43,180 bases of DNA from Candidatus Avigastranaerophilus faecigallinarum (GTDB lineage Bacteria > Cyanobacteriota > Vampirovibrionia > Gastranaerophilales > Gastranaerophilaceae), in the NCBI GenBank assembly GCA_018716565.1, contig DVJT01000106.1, positions 1-43,180 of the forward strand. The letters run 5' to 3'. Every line of letters starts with the position of its first letter. Position 1 is the first letter of the stretch. The translations under genes and the position numbers were made by a program. The notes below the pieces were generated by a model. That model saw nothing but the letters and a program-made list of their open reading frames with translations, did no database searches and was not told where the DNA came from. Positions 1 through 8,994 of the stretch are shown here, piece after piece.

Positions 1-2
1 AT

Positions 3-293
3 GAAGTAACAACTGTTGGATCATTACTTGGTACGAAATTTGTATTGAACGAAGCAATTGCATTTACTGATTTAACAGCTATTAAAGGAATTTTATCTGA
101 AAAAAGCTTTATAATTACAACTTTTGCATTATCAGGATTTGCAAATTTTTCTTCTGTTGCAATCCAAATTTCCGGTATTGGAGAAATAGCGCCAAATCAA
201 AGAAAAAATCTTGCAAGAATGGGAATCAGAGCATTAATCGCAGGTACACTAACATCATATATTTCTGCATGTATGGCTGCAATGCTACTGTAA
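3..293 (+). CDS. nupC: Concentrative nucleoside transporter (NupC family), C-terminal fragment; 5' end lies outside the window
   Basis: The frame is open from the window edge (track ORF 45..293 is its tail). GFANFSSVAIQISGIGEIAP...GTLTSYISACMAAMLL resembles the conserved NupC C-terminus (FANFSSIGI in E. coli NupC). Confidence 0.8.
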   Translation, partial: EVTTVGSLLGTKFVLNEAIAFTDLTAIKGILSEKSFIITTFALSGFANFSSVAIQISGIGEIAPNQRKNLARMGIRALIAGTLTSYISACMAAMLL

Positions 294-297
294 AAAA

Positions 298-750
298 CTA
301 AATTTTTAGATTTAATTTTTGTGCAACTTCATCGTTTTTGGCAGATTCTTGGTTTGGACCATATTCATTTGTTACAAATTTATCTTTTACAAATGAATGT
401 ATAATTTTTATTCTATTATTTAATTTTGATTTCGGAGATAATGTTGCATAATTAATATAATGTAGTTCCTGAAACGGCAAAGTAGTACAAACTTTACAAT
501 CTCTTATTTTATACTTTGGTGTATCTTCTGATTCATCAATATATGCTTCTGTATTCTTATCAATTACAGATTGTATTTGTTCAGGAGTTTCATCATTAAA
601 AGGATAATAATAACATACTTCTTCAACTTTTGGAATACCTAACACCTGATCAAAATCAGAGCTTCTGGACGTTTTTCCCCAAAGACCTTGAAAAGATTGC
701 TTATTTGCAACATTTAAATTTTCAAAACTATTGAATAATGGAATATTCAT
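298..750 (-). CDS. Hypothetical protein (150 aa)
   Basis: A single long ORF fills the gap between the nupC fragment and the recombinase gene. No motif recognised. Confidence 0.5.
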   Translation of the reverse strand: MNIPLFNSFENLNVANKQSFQGLWGKTSRSSDFDQVLGIPKVEEVCYYYPFNDETPEQIQSVIDKNTEAYIDESEDTPKYKIRDCKVCTTLPFQELHYINYATLSPKSKLNNRIKIIHSFVKDKFVTNEYGPNQESAKNDEVAQKLNLKI

Positions 751-828
751 TTTACACCCTATATACTAATTTTCTACATGTAATAAAATACATAAAGGAA
801 AATGTTGCTAACTTTGTTAAGATTTTTA

Positions 829-1695
829 TCATTTATTAATAGAAAAATATATTTCTTTTAAACGTTTTTTGCTTATATGCGTATATAATTGCGTTGTTGA
901 AACATCACTATGACCTAATAATTCTTGAACAACCCTAAGATCAGCCCCATTTTCTAATAAATGCGTCGCGAAAGAATGTCTTATTGTATGTGGAGATATA
1001 TCTTTATTTATATTTTTACCAATTCCACGTATGAAAACATATACATCTTGTCTTGTTATTTTTTTTCCATTGTCTTTAATAAATAAATATTTTGTATTTA
1101 AATTAAATTTTTTTAATATATACTCGCGTTCTTTTAAATATTTCTTTATTGCAATACAAGCTTTATTACCAATAGGAACTATTCTTTCTTTTGAACCTTT
1201 ACCTAAACACCTTATATATTTTGCATTCAAATCAATATTATTGATTTGAATATCAGATAACTCTGAAACTCTTAAACCTGCAGCATATAGCAACTCTAAT
1301 ATTGCCTTTTCCAATATTGACATATTTCTATCTAGAAGCTCTGTAATTTCTTTCATTGATAAAACCTTCGGAAGTCTTTTAGGCAATTTGGGTTGTTCTA
1401 TTGATAAAGCGGGATTGTGTTTAATAATATCATTTATACTTAACCACTTAAAAAAACCTTTTATTGATGCAATTTCTCTAGTAATACTTCTTGGTGTATA
1501 TTTTTTATCATAAAGATTTTTTATATACATATTTATATGTAATCTTTGAATTTTATTATAATCATCAATCCCCTCCTTTTGAAGGAAATCAGATAAAGAA
1601 TAAAGATCACTCCTGTATGCAAATAGAGTATTTAAAGCTAATCCACACTCTACTTCCAAATATTCAATATACTGAGAAATATAATGAATCAACAT
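829..1695 (-). CDS. xerD: Tyrosine site-specific recombinase, XerD/XerC-like
   Basis: Catalytic C-terminus HTIRHSFATHLLENGADLRVVQELLGHSDVSTTQLYTH and N-terminal SAM-like domain (YIEYLEVECGLALNTLFAYRSDL). Confidence 0.85.
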   Translation of the reverse strand: MLIHYISQYIEYLEVECGLALNTLFAYRSDLYSLSDFLQKEGIDDYNKIQRLHINMYIKNLYDKKYTPRSITREIASIKGFFKWLSINDIIKHNPALSIEQPKLPKRLPKVLSMKEITELLDRNMSILEKAILELLYAAGLRVSELSDIQINNIDLNAKYIRCLGKGSKERIVPIGNKACIAIKKYLKEREYILKKFNLNTKYLFIKDNGKKITRQDVYVFIRGIGKNINKDISPHTIRHSFATHLLENGADLRVVQELLGHSDVSTTQLYTHISKKRLKEIYFSINK

Positions 1696-1730
1696 AAAAC
1701 GATTTTATCATTTATTTAGTAAAAAGTTAA

Positions 1731-3860
1731 TTATAAATATTTTTTTGATGCTTCAATAACTCTGTCTGTGCTTTTCAAAATAGCATCAACTTTAGCTTGT
1801 ATTTCCTCTGAATTATCAGGAATAACAACTGGTTCAATAGAGGGAATATAACGGGAATTATTTTCAGTTTTTTCCTTTTTAAATATATTCAAAGCAGGAA
1901 TGTTATCATCCTTTTGAGGTTTTAGTGGTTGAGAATCTGATGGATTAGCATTTACAAGAGAAGTTGAAGAAATCTCTGATGGTATACCATTATTCTCATT
2001 ATGATTAATTACATTATCTTCAGGCAACGCAGGCTGAGTCCATTTCTTTATTAAATTTGTCTCGGTTGAATCACTGATTTTATTTTGTTCATTTTGTGAA
2101 GCTTTATTTGCTTGGTTATTATTTTCAGCATTTTGTTTTGCTAAATATGTTTTAGGTTCACCAAAGATTTTATGAAATAACTTAGTAAGTGGCTTTTGTA
2201 TAAGAGGTTGAATAATGAACATTATTATAGCAAACCTTCCAAAACCACCAATAAATCCTTTTAAAGTTGGCTGCGGTATTTTTTTCAATCCTAATTTTGG
2301 AAAGTTTATATATTTAGGTTTTTGCATTTTATCTAATCCCATTGACAATATAGAACCCATAAGTTTCAATGGTTTTTCCCAGAATTTTAATTTAGCACCT
2401 TCTTTTTTTAATGATTTAGCAATAATTTTTGCCTGTTCAAAACTTTTACCAGCTAAATCAGCAACTTTATCTTTATCTACACCTTTTATTAACAAATCTC
2501 TTTGAATTTTTGCAACCTTTAAAGCATCTTTTGTCAGATTCACATCTGCATTAGTATTTTTTATTAATGTTTTTAAAGCTTCCCTGGCTTCAACAGTCAT
2601 TCCTCTGTATTTATTTCCACCAAGCTTATACATCAAACTAATACTTGGTTGGAAAAGAATCATACCTAGATATTGTTCTGATAAAACATGCATAAATGTA
2701 GCTTTTTTTTCACCTTCAGGTGCTTCTTTTGCAGCTTTAACTGAATTATATATAGCACTTGCCATAAAGAACATTGAAATAAGTCCGCCACCATATGTCA
2801 CAATGTCCTTTGTTTTTAAAAAACCTTTAGAAAATAACTTACCTAATAAAGTATTTCCTACTTTTGAATCCGCAGCGCTTAACTTATTTCTTGCAATAGA
2901 TAATTTATCGGAACCACTTAGCTCAATACCTTTTGCAGCAAAATCATCAACAGCAGCAAGTATCTGATCTTTGGAAAAAGTCTTGTCAGAAACCGTTGCT
3001 AATACATCTAAAGCTTCTTTTGAAAGATTAACCGATTTATCTTTTAATAAATTCTTATGAGCTTTATCACTAAATCTAACAAAAAGCTCAGCTATTTGTT
3101 CAGAAAGAGCTTTTTCAGAGATATCATCAGCCCCAGAAAGAAACTTTGTAATATTATCCTTTAAAGCAACTATAAGTTCCTTATCTTTTACACCTACAGT
3201 TTCTAGGTGTTTTTCTGCGACCCCTGTAAGTTCTGTTAGTGTATTAGATACTGATGCTAAATAGTCACCTGTCAATCTGTTTTTTAACGGACCAACATCT
3301 TGTATAAATTTTATAGTTTGAGGCGATAAAACGCTCTCTAATTGTTTCATTATTTCTTTATTATACTTCATTGCAGCAAAATCAGGAATCAATTTTTGAG
3401 TTTGTTCATTTAATTCTCTTAAATATTTTTCCGCTAAAGATTGACTTTGAGCTAATGATGACTTTGGTATGGCCTTATATTCATTTGTAAAATATTTTGT
3501 AAATCTGTTTTGCTTTAAAAATTTAGACAATTTAGAAACTTTTTCTTCAGAAAAAATATTTTCCAAATGGAAAAATTCTGATATCTTATCCCCGAAAGAT
3601 GCAACTTTTCCTAAGGAACTTTTTTCTATTGAACCACCCATTCTATTATCAACAATCTTATCTAAAAAGTATAAGAAAGGTACCAAACTGATTGATTTAC
3701 TCATAGAATCAGATCCGCCCGTTGCTGTACTTAATGTTTTAACGGCAGAATTGCTCTCAAAATTATCAGAAACCAATTGTTTAGATTTAGCAATTTTATC
3801 TTGTACATTATCACGTTGTAATAATTGTGAATTATTAAAAGAATTTACCCTGTTTACCAT
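1731..3860 (-). CDS. Large hypothetical membrane-associated protein (709 aa)
   Basis: Long ORF with central hydrophobic helices (GGGLISMFFMASAIY, YLGMILFQPSISLMY, FGRFAIIMFIIQPLI) and an N/Q/S-rich C-terminal tail. No family recognised. Confidence 0.6.
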   Translation of the reverse strand: MVNRVNSFNNSQLLQRDNVQDKIAKSKQLVSDNFESNSAVKTLSTATGGSDSMSKSISLVPFLYFLDKIVDNRMGGSIEKSSLGKVASFGDKISEFFHLENIFSEEKVSKLSKFLKQNRFTKYFTNEYKAIPKSSLAQSQSLAEKYLRELNEQTQKLIPDFAAMKYNKEIMKQLESVLSPQTIKFIQDVGPLKNRLTGDYLASVSNTLTELTGVAEKHLETVGVKDKELIVALKDNITKFLSGADDISEKALSEQIAELFVRFSDKAHKNLLKDKSVNLSKEALDVLATVSDKTFSKDQILAAVDDFAAKGIELSGSDKLSIARNKLSAADSKVGNTLLGKLFSKGFLKTKDIVTYGGGLISMFFMASAIYNSVKAAKEAPEGEKKATFMHVLSEQYLGMILFQPSISLMYKLGGNKYRGMTVEAREALKTLIKNTNADVNLTKDALKVAKIQRDLLIKGVDKDKVADLAGKSFEQAKIIAKSLKKEGAKLKFWEKPLKLMGSILSMGLDKMQKPKYINFPKLGLKKIPQPTLKGFIGGFGRFAIIMFIIQPLIQKPLTKLFHKIFGEPKTYLAKQNAENNNQANKASQNEQNKISDSTETNLIKKWTQPALPEDNVINHNENNGIPSEISSTSLVNANPSDSQPLKPQKDDNIPALNIFKKEKTENNSRYIPSIEPVVIPDNSEEIQAKVDAILKSTDRVIEASKKYL

Positions 3861-3942
3861 TATAAAAAACCTTACTTATATATAATAATAAAAACAAATA
3901 AAAAAAATAATTGCGTTTTATTCTTTGTAAATTCTTTTTATT

Positions 3943-3977
3943 AAAAAACGATGCTTAGCCATTGCAAGCATCGTTTT
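3943..3977 (-). terminator. Intrinsic terminator downstream of the 247-aa gene
   Basis: Stem CGATGCTT / AAGCATCG (3949-3956 / 3966-3973, extendable by A:T pairs), followed on the minus strand by a T6 run. Confidence 0.6.
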
Positions 3978-3996
3978 AAATTTCTATAAAATGGAA

Positions 3997-4740
3997 TTAG
4001 CCGTCAGAGAATAAACCAAAAGTTCTATCGACATTGCTACTAATAACTTCTTTTACAGATTCATATTCTTTCATAATTGCTTCATGCTGAGTTTCCAACT
4101 GTTGTAACTCCATATCTAGCTGATTATCCTGCCTTGAAATTCTTGCTGTTTCACACTCATATTTACTTTGAGCTTCAGCATCATCAGAAGTATCAAGTAC
4201 ATATTCCATATCAGTTTCTGATTGTAACATGGTTAAAGATATACCTGTTTTTAAATCAGATGTATCCATTACAAACAACAATCCATTTATTATTGCATCT
4301 TGTAAAACATTTTTATTGGACAAATATGTTCCACCATCCAATATATCATATGTTGTTTCTGTATCATCACCAATAGTTGCTTTACCATCAGAATTAATAG
4401 TAAGAAGAGGTTTCCCGTCTAAATCTGTTGGAATAATCCACTCACCATTTTCATCTTTTTGAAGATAAATCTCCATATTAGCATTTGTTACTAAATATCC
4501 CATAGATGTCATATTATTATATGTAACATCCTCTTTTCTATATCCTTTATCCTCCGAAGGATCAGTAACTTTTATTTGCAACTTATAATTACTAATAGCT
4601 TCATTATACTCTGTTGCTGCTTTTTCACTTTCCCAAGCCAAAGTATTTTGTCGTTGAGAAATCATAACTTCACCAAGCTCTATATCACTTAGCCTAGAAG
4701 TCAACATTAAGAGTCTGCCTTGTGAAGAAGATAATCCCAT
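3997..4740 (-). CDS. Hypothetical coiled-coil protein (247 aa)
   Basis: Helical N-terminus (MGLSSSQGRLLMLTSRLSDIELGEV) and C-terminus (DNQLDMELQQLETQHEAIMKEYESVKE) flank a D/T/G-rich middle region. No family recognised. Confidence 0.6.
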   Translation of the reverse strand: MGLSSSQGRLLMLTSRLSDIELGEVMISQRQNTLAWESEKAATEYNEAISNYKLQIKVTDPSEDKGYRKEDVTYNNMTSMGYLVTNANMEIYLQKDENGEWIIPTDLDGKPLLTINSDGKATIGDDTETTYDILDGGTYLSNKNVLQDAIINGLLFVMDTSDLKTGISLTMLQSETDMEYVLDTSDDAEAQSKYECETARISRQDNQLDMELQQLETQHEAIMKEYESVKEVISSNVDRTFGLFSDG

Positions 4741-4834
4741 TTACTTTCTCCAATCTTTATTCTACATCCTTTATATCGGCATTTTATTATTTAAACTTAA
4801 ATAGGAGAAAAACTATATTGACATTTCTTAACAA

Positions 4835-6400
4835 TTAACGATTTTTAATATAATTTGAAATATCAATAACATTATTAACTTCCAGTGGGATATAATACTG
4901 GCAAGATGACCAAAGAAGTGTTTCAGGAAATTCAGCACAATTTGCATCTTCAACAGCTCTTTGATTACAATAACCTTTTACCATATTATTTGTACCATCA
5001 ATTTTTGGTGAAAAATAAGCGCAAGATTGACAAATTTTCATCCTAAAACCATGCTGTTCAAGAATATCCGAAATATTTTTAACGGCATCACACATTCTCA
5101 CATAACTTTGAACTGTTTCCTGCTTTTTATTCTTATATCTGAATACTGCCTTTTTAAAACCACCTTCAGATATCAAATCCATCGTACAGGAAAATACATT
5201 TCGTCCATTAGTTACATTTACCGGAACTGTTACTTTTTCAATTTCAACTTTTTGATTCCTTTTTGTTGACTTAAATATCTTCTTAAATATAGAAAGACTA
5301 AATATAACATCAGACAATGTATAAAATGGACATGCAATTAAGTAAAACAATGGTTTTATATACAGATTCGCTTTATAAATAGAGAAACCGAATGCAAGAG
5401 CTAAAACAACTGCCAAAAATACAGACCATGGAAAGTCAAACAAAAAATAATAATTGAAAGAATACGTTCCAACCACCACTAGCATTGCAATTAAAATGAT
5501 AGGATTTGGTTTAAAAAGAGAAAATAAAAATTCTGCAAATTTTAAATTCAATATTGATTTTAAACTTATGCAATGCGAAAATAATGACATTTTAAAACTG
5601 AAATCAGGTCTTCTCAATTCGTAATCTATGGAAGAAACATATGTTTTAATCTCAGGTACAAACTTAGGAGGGAAGTGTAAACTTGTTAACAAGAATGAAT
5701 ATTTTAATTCAGAATTAGCATCTTTAAAATCAATACACTGAACTTTTTCCAATACTTCATGCTTTATTGCTGTAATATCAGAGTCGATAGGAACAGCCAA
5801 ACCCAATCTTGAACGTCCTAGTTTCATAATATTTGAATTGTACTCATTAACATTTGACCAAACTTTTTCATAATAATCTGCATCTTCTAAAAAGATTTCT
5901 GTAGAACCAACAACAACATCATTAATTTGTAAAGCATCATTAATTTTGGCTAAAAAATCTGATTTAACAAGTCTGTTTGCATTTAAAAAGACATAGCCAT
6001 CAACTTTTTTAAAAGACATAAGATTTTCAAGAAGCCAAGAAATTGCTTTATCTCTTCCTAATGGAGAATCGTCTGTTAGTCTCCATAATTTAGCTCCACC
6101 TACAAATTCCAGTTTATTTGATGAATCATCAGTACAATTATCCAAAATTATATGTGTCTGATAATTTCCTTTTGGATAATCCTGTTTATTTAACTGTTCC
6201 AAAAGATTTACGATTGTTTTTTCATTATTATGAGAATAAATTATAACTATCAGATTTTTATATTCTCGCTTTAATTGAGAATCAGACTTTTTTGTAAAAT
6301 TAAAAAAGCTCGCTATAACTATCACAGTGAAATAGATTGTAAACACTGCTACGTATATGAAAAATATCAATAATAAAAAAATTGATATATTATTTAACAT
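4835..6400 (-). CDS. Membrane-embedded family-2 glycosyltransferase (processive synthase-like) with a Cys-rich C-terminal domain
   Basis: N-terminal TM helix, then a GT2 core (LIVIIYSHNNEKTIVNLLEQLNKQDYP...ILDNCTDDS), then several TM helices, then a ~145-aa soluble tail with CxxC and further Cys. RBS GAGGTGGG precedes the ATG. Confidence 0.7.
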   Translation of the reverse strand: MLNNISIFLLLIFFIYVAVFTIYFTVIVIASFFNFTKKSDSQLKREYKNLIVIIYSHNNEKTIVNLLEQLNKQDYPKGNYQTHIILDNCTDDSSNKLEFVGGAKLWRLTDDSPLGRDKAISWLLENLMSFKKVDGYVFLNANRLVKSDFLAKINDALQINDVVVGSTEIFLEDADYYEKVWSNVNEYNSNIMKLGRSRLGLAVPIDSDITAIKHEVLEKVQCIDFKDANSELKYSFLLTSLHFPPKFVPEIKTYVSSIDYELRRPDFSFKMSLFSHCISLKSILNLKFAEFLFSLFKPNPIILIAMLVVVGTYSFNYYFLFDFPWSVFLAVVLALAFGFSIYKANLYIKPLFYLIACPFYTLSDVIFSLSIFKKIFKSTKRNQKVEIEKVTVPVNVTNGRNVFSCTMDLISEGGFKKAVFRYKNKKQETVQSYVRMCDAVKNISDILEQHGFRMKICQSCAYFSPKIDGTNNMVKGYCNQRAVEDANCAEFPETLLWSSCQYYIPLEVNNVIDISNYIKNR

Positions 6401-6583
6401 GTCCCACCTCTTTACATGATTTTATAAAAAAAAGACTTTTTTTTCCAGTAAAGAACTAAAAATAAAATCAAGGCAATGTAAATTTTTATTAAAATAGGAA
6501 ACAAAAGTATAAACATTTTGTCAAAAGTGAATTATTATATTTGTAACAAATCCCCAAATCTCCTCCCAAGATTATTAAGTATT

Positions 6584-6606
6584 AGCTGCAGTGCAGCTTT
6601 TTTTTT
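6584..6606 (+). terminator. Orphan plus-strand intrinsic terminator upstream of the tRNA
   Basis: AGCTGC-agt-GCAGCT hairpin followed by T9. There is no annotated plus-strand gene upstream. Confidence 0.5.
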
Positions 6607-6671
6607 GTATACTAAATTGAAATTTTACTTGCTAATATAAATTTATGATGTAATATATATAATAATAGCCT

Positions 6672-6745
6672 TGTGCCTGTAGCTCAGCTGGATAGAGTGT
6701 TTGGCTACGAACCAAAAGGTCGGGGGTTCGAATCCCTCCAGGCAC
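6672..6745 (+). tRNA. tRNA-Arg (anticodon ACG)
   Basis: Cloverleaf folded by hand: acceptor GTGCCTG/CAGGCAC, D-arm GCTC-AGCTGGATA-GAGT, anticodon arm TTTGG-CTACGAA-CCAAA (anticodon ACG), variable loop AGGTC, T-arm GGGGG-TTCGAAT-CCCTC, discriminator G. No encoded CCA. Very similar to E. coli tRNA-Arg(ACG). Confidence 0.92.
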
Positions 6746-6811
6746 GTTTTAATAAAGATAAGGGTTTTGATATTTTTTGAAGCTCTTTTTTAATGTCAAA
6801 AAAAATGGTGT

Positions 6812-6832
6812 TTGTGCAACTTTTGTGCAACT
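6812..6832. repeat. Two direct copies of TTGTGCAACT spaced 11 bp apart (candidate integrase arm-type sites)
   Basis: TTGTGCAACT occurs at 6812-6821 and 6823-6832, between the tRNA and the int stop codon. The spacing is one helical turn. Confidence 0.4.
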
Positions 6833-8087
6833 AATTATTTTTTTTAGGTTTGCAAAATAAATCATCCAACTTAGTAGCTGCAATTTGATCTGCTTTTTTT
6901 ATAATATGTGAATATATGTCTGTTGTTGTTGAAACACTTGCATGACCCAATCTTTTACTTACTGTTACAGGATCGAGTCCTTCATATAATAAAATGCTTG
7001 CTTGAGAATGTCTAAATGCATGAGGATTAATATGAGGTAATTTTTTTAGTTTATCTTTTTTATTTAAAGTTTTATTTTTCTCTTCTATTAATTTATTATA
7101 TTTTTTTTCAAATTTTGAACAATAATCTGTTATTGAATCAGGATGCATTGGCATACCGTTTTCTTGAGTTAATAAATATCCTGTATCATTCCACTTGTTG
7201 CCATATTTTAATATATTCTTCTTATTTTCCATAACAAGCCTTTTTACAATTTTCATTATTCTTTCAGGAATAGATACAATACGAATAGATGTTTCTGTTT
7301 TTGGACTATCTTCATAAATTCCTTTATCTCTTGAATATAAAAGATTGTTTTTTATATTAATTCCGCAATTTTTAAAATCAATGTTTTTAATCTTTATTCC
7401 TGCTATTTCTCCCCTTCTACATCCAGTATAAATTAGTAAATTCATTACAACTTGCCATTTCAAGGGTTCATTGTCTAAATAACGAAGAATATTTTGTATA
7501 TCCTCAATCTCAATAAATTTGGCTTCCTTCTTTTTATTTGTAGGAGGAGTTGCCTTATCTGCTGCATTATACTGAACTAACATCTCTTTATCGGCTTGTT
7601 TTAAAATAGTGCGAATCAGGCGATGGTGTTCTAAAATCGTTTTGGAACTTAAAGCCTCTCCTGTTATCAAGTTTGATCCTTCTTGCCCTAGCATCGTATA
7701 AAATTCATTCAAATGTTGAGGTTTTAAATCAACAAGTTTTATATGTCCAATTGCAATATTTATTCTTTCAAGAAGACTTCTATAAAAAATCAATGTTTTA
7801 TGTTTAATTTTTCCATTTCTTTCTTTCAAATTAAGTACATATTCTGCATATTCTTTAAATGTTTGTTTATTTTCTATAATTTTTCCGTTTTGACAATCTT
7901 TTTCAAATAAAATTGCAAATTTTTGTACTTCTTTTTCACTTCTTTCTTCGCTCCAATTTTGTTTGGGTTTAAAAGATGTTGTATAGGGTTTCAAATTCTT
8001 TCCGTTTTCATCTTTTCCACGAAAAACTCTGATTGTAAAAGATGTAATCTGACCTTTTTTATTTTTTCGGGGATAAATATTTGCCAT
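6831..8087 (-). CDS. int: Phage tyrosine integrase
   Basis: 418 aa. C-terminal HAFRHSQASILLYEGLDPVTVSKRLGHASVSTTTDIYSH (tyrosine recombinase signature). Lies adjacent to the tRNA. Confidence 0.9.
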   Translation of the reverse strand: MANIYPRKNKKGQITSFTIRVFRGKDENGKNLKPYTTSFKPKQNWSEERSEKEVQKFAILFEKDCQNGKIIENKQTFKEYAEYVLNLKERNGKIKHKTLIFYRSLLERINIAIGHIKLVDLKPQHLNEFYTMLGQEGSNLITGEALSSKTILEHHRLIRTILKQADKEMLVQYNAADKATPPTNKKKEAKFIEIEDIQNILRYLDNEPLKWQVVMNLLIYTGCRRGEIAGIKIKNIDFKNCGINIKNNLLYSRDKGIYEDSPKTETSIRIVSIPERIMKIVKRLVMENKKNILKYGNKWNDTGYLLTQENGMPMHPDSITDYCSKFEKKYNKLIEEKNKTLNKKDKLKKLPHINPHAFRHSQASILLYEGLDPVTVSKRLGHASVSTTTDIYSHIIKKADQIAATKLDDLFCKPKKNN

Positions 8088-8108
8088 TTATACTTTAAAA
8101 CCTTTTGT

Positions 8109-8597
8109 TTAATACACAACTTCCATCATATCATCTAATAGTTTTTGATTTATTCTCGAATAACCATCATCATGATTTGTTATAGGCTCTCTATTTGTTC
8201 TTCCATCACTCATACCTGAAGATTGAAATGCATAGTCATTTATAGAAAATATCATTCCAATAGAATTTATATCATTCGTTGCCCATATTGCATTATAAAT
8301 TTGATCATTTTTTTTAACTAAAGTTCCAACAAAATAAACTTTTGCAAAATCTTTTGATTGAGTATAATAAAATTTCTTTTTATCAACAATTGTATAGCCA
8401 CTATTCATAATACTTGAAAACAAATTTACATAATTTTCAGAAGCCTCTAACACAGGATTATTACTTACTGCAATTACTTTATTTTTATCAGTAACTGTTG
8501 TTGTTTCATTTGAATTTGTACATCCACTAAATAACAACGAGAAAAATATAACAATGCCAATTAACAATAGTTGGTTCATAATTTTTCCTTTAGGCAA
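8109..8597 (-). CDS. Prophage-encoded putative lipoprotein (162 aa)
   Basis: Signal peptide with a lipobox-like LLFSGC (MNQLLLIGIVIFFSLLFSGCTNS). Located between int and the repressor. Confidence 0.65.
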   Translation of the reverse strand: MPKGKIMNQLLLIGIVIFFSLLFSGCTNSNETTTVTDKNKVIAVSNNPVLEASENYVNLFSSIMNSGYTIVDKKKFYYTQSKDFAKVYFVGTLVKKNDQIYNAIWATNDINSIGMIFSINDYAFQSSGMSDGRTNREPITNHDDGYSRINQKLLDDMMEVVY

Positions 8598-8754
8598 TTT
8601 AATTCACTTAATTATTTAATTATCATAAATTGAATAAGAAAAAAACATAAAATATAATTATGTTAAGAGAAATGATTAAATTTAAGTTTTTTGATGATAG
8701 TTGAAATAAGTGTTCTCATGTAATTTTAGTATATTTTTGAAAGGAAAAAGAATA

Positions 8755-8994
8755 ATGGAAGAATTTACAAAAATAATAAAAAATCTATTTAGAGAAAAAA
8801 TAAACATAGTGATATTTTTATTAATTGCAATAATCGGATTAAATGCTTATCAAATTATTGATAATAAAATCAATTATACAAAAATAAGAAAAAGAATAGA
8901 TTTTAGATATTTTAATTTAACAAAATCAATGGAAGATATACACTTTATTGAAATTGATACAAAAACAGGTGAGAAAAAAACATCTAGGAATTAA
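8755..8994 (+). CDS. Small membrane protein (79 aa from the ATG at 8755)
   Basis: AAGGA RBS precedes the ATG at 8755. One TM helix (INIVIFLLIAIIGLNAY). The track ORF begins earlier at a GTG with no RBS. Confidence 0.45.
   Translation: MEEFTKIIKNLFREKINIVIFLLIAIIGLNAYQIIDNKINYTKIRKRIDFRYFNLTKSMEDIHFIEIDTKTGEKKTSRN

Noticed and set aside
1031-5269. Short ORFs antisense to the host genes (1031..1249, 1491..1697, 2215..2505, 3469..3885, 4077..4376, 4229..4462, 5027..5269)
   Set aside because: All are nested opposite longer genes that have recognisable motifs or better coding character. They have no RBS.
6530-6570. Minus-strand GGGAGGAG followed by a TTG-initiated 22-aa ORF upstream of the GT2 gene
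   Set aside because: The SD-to-start spacing is only ~4 nt and there is no supporting evidence. The observation is retained only as an alternative reading in the orphan-terminator finding.
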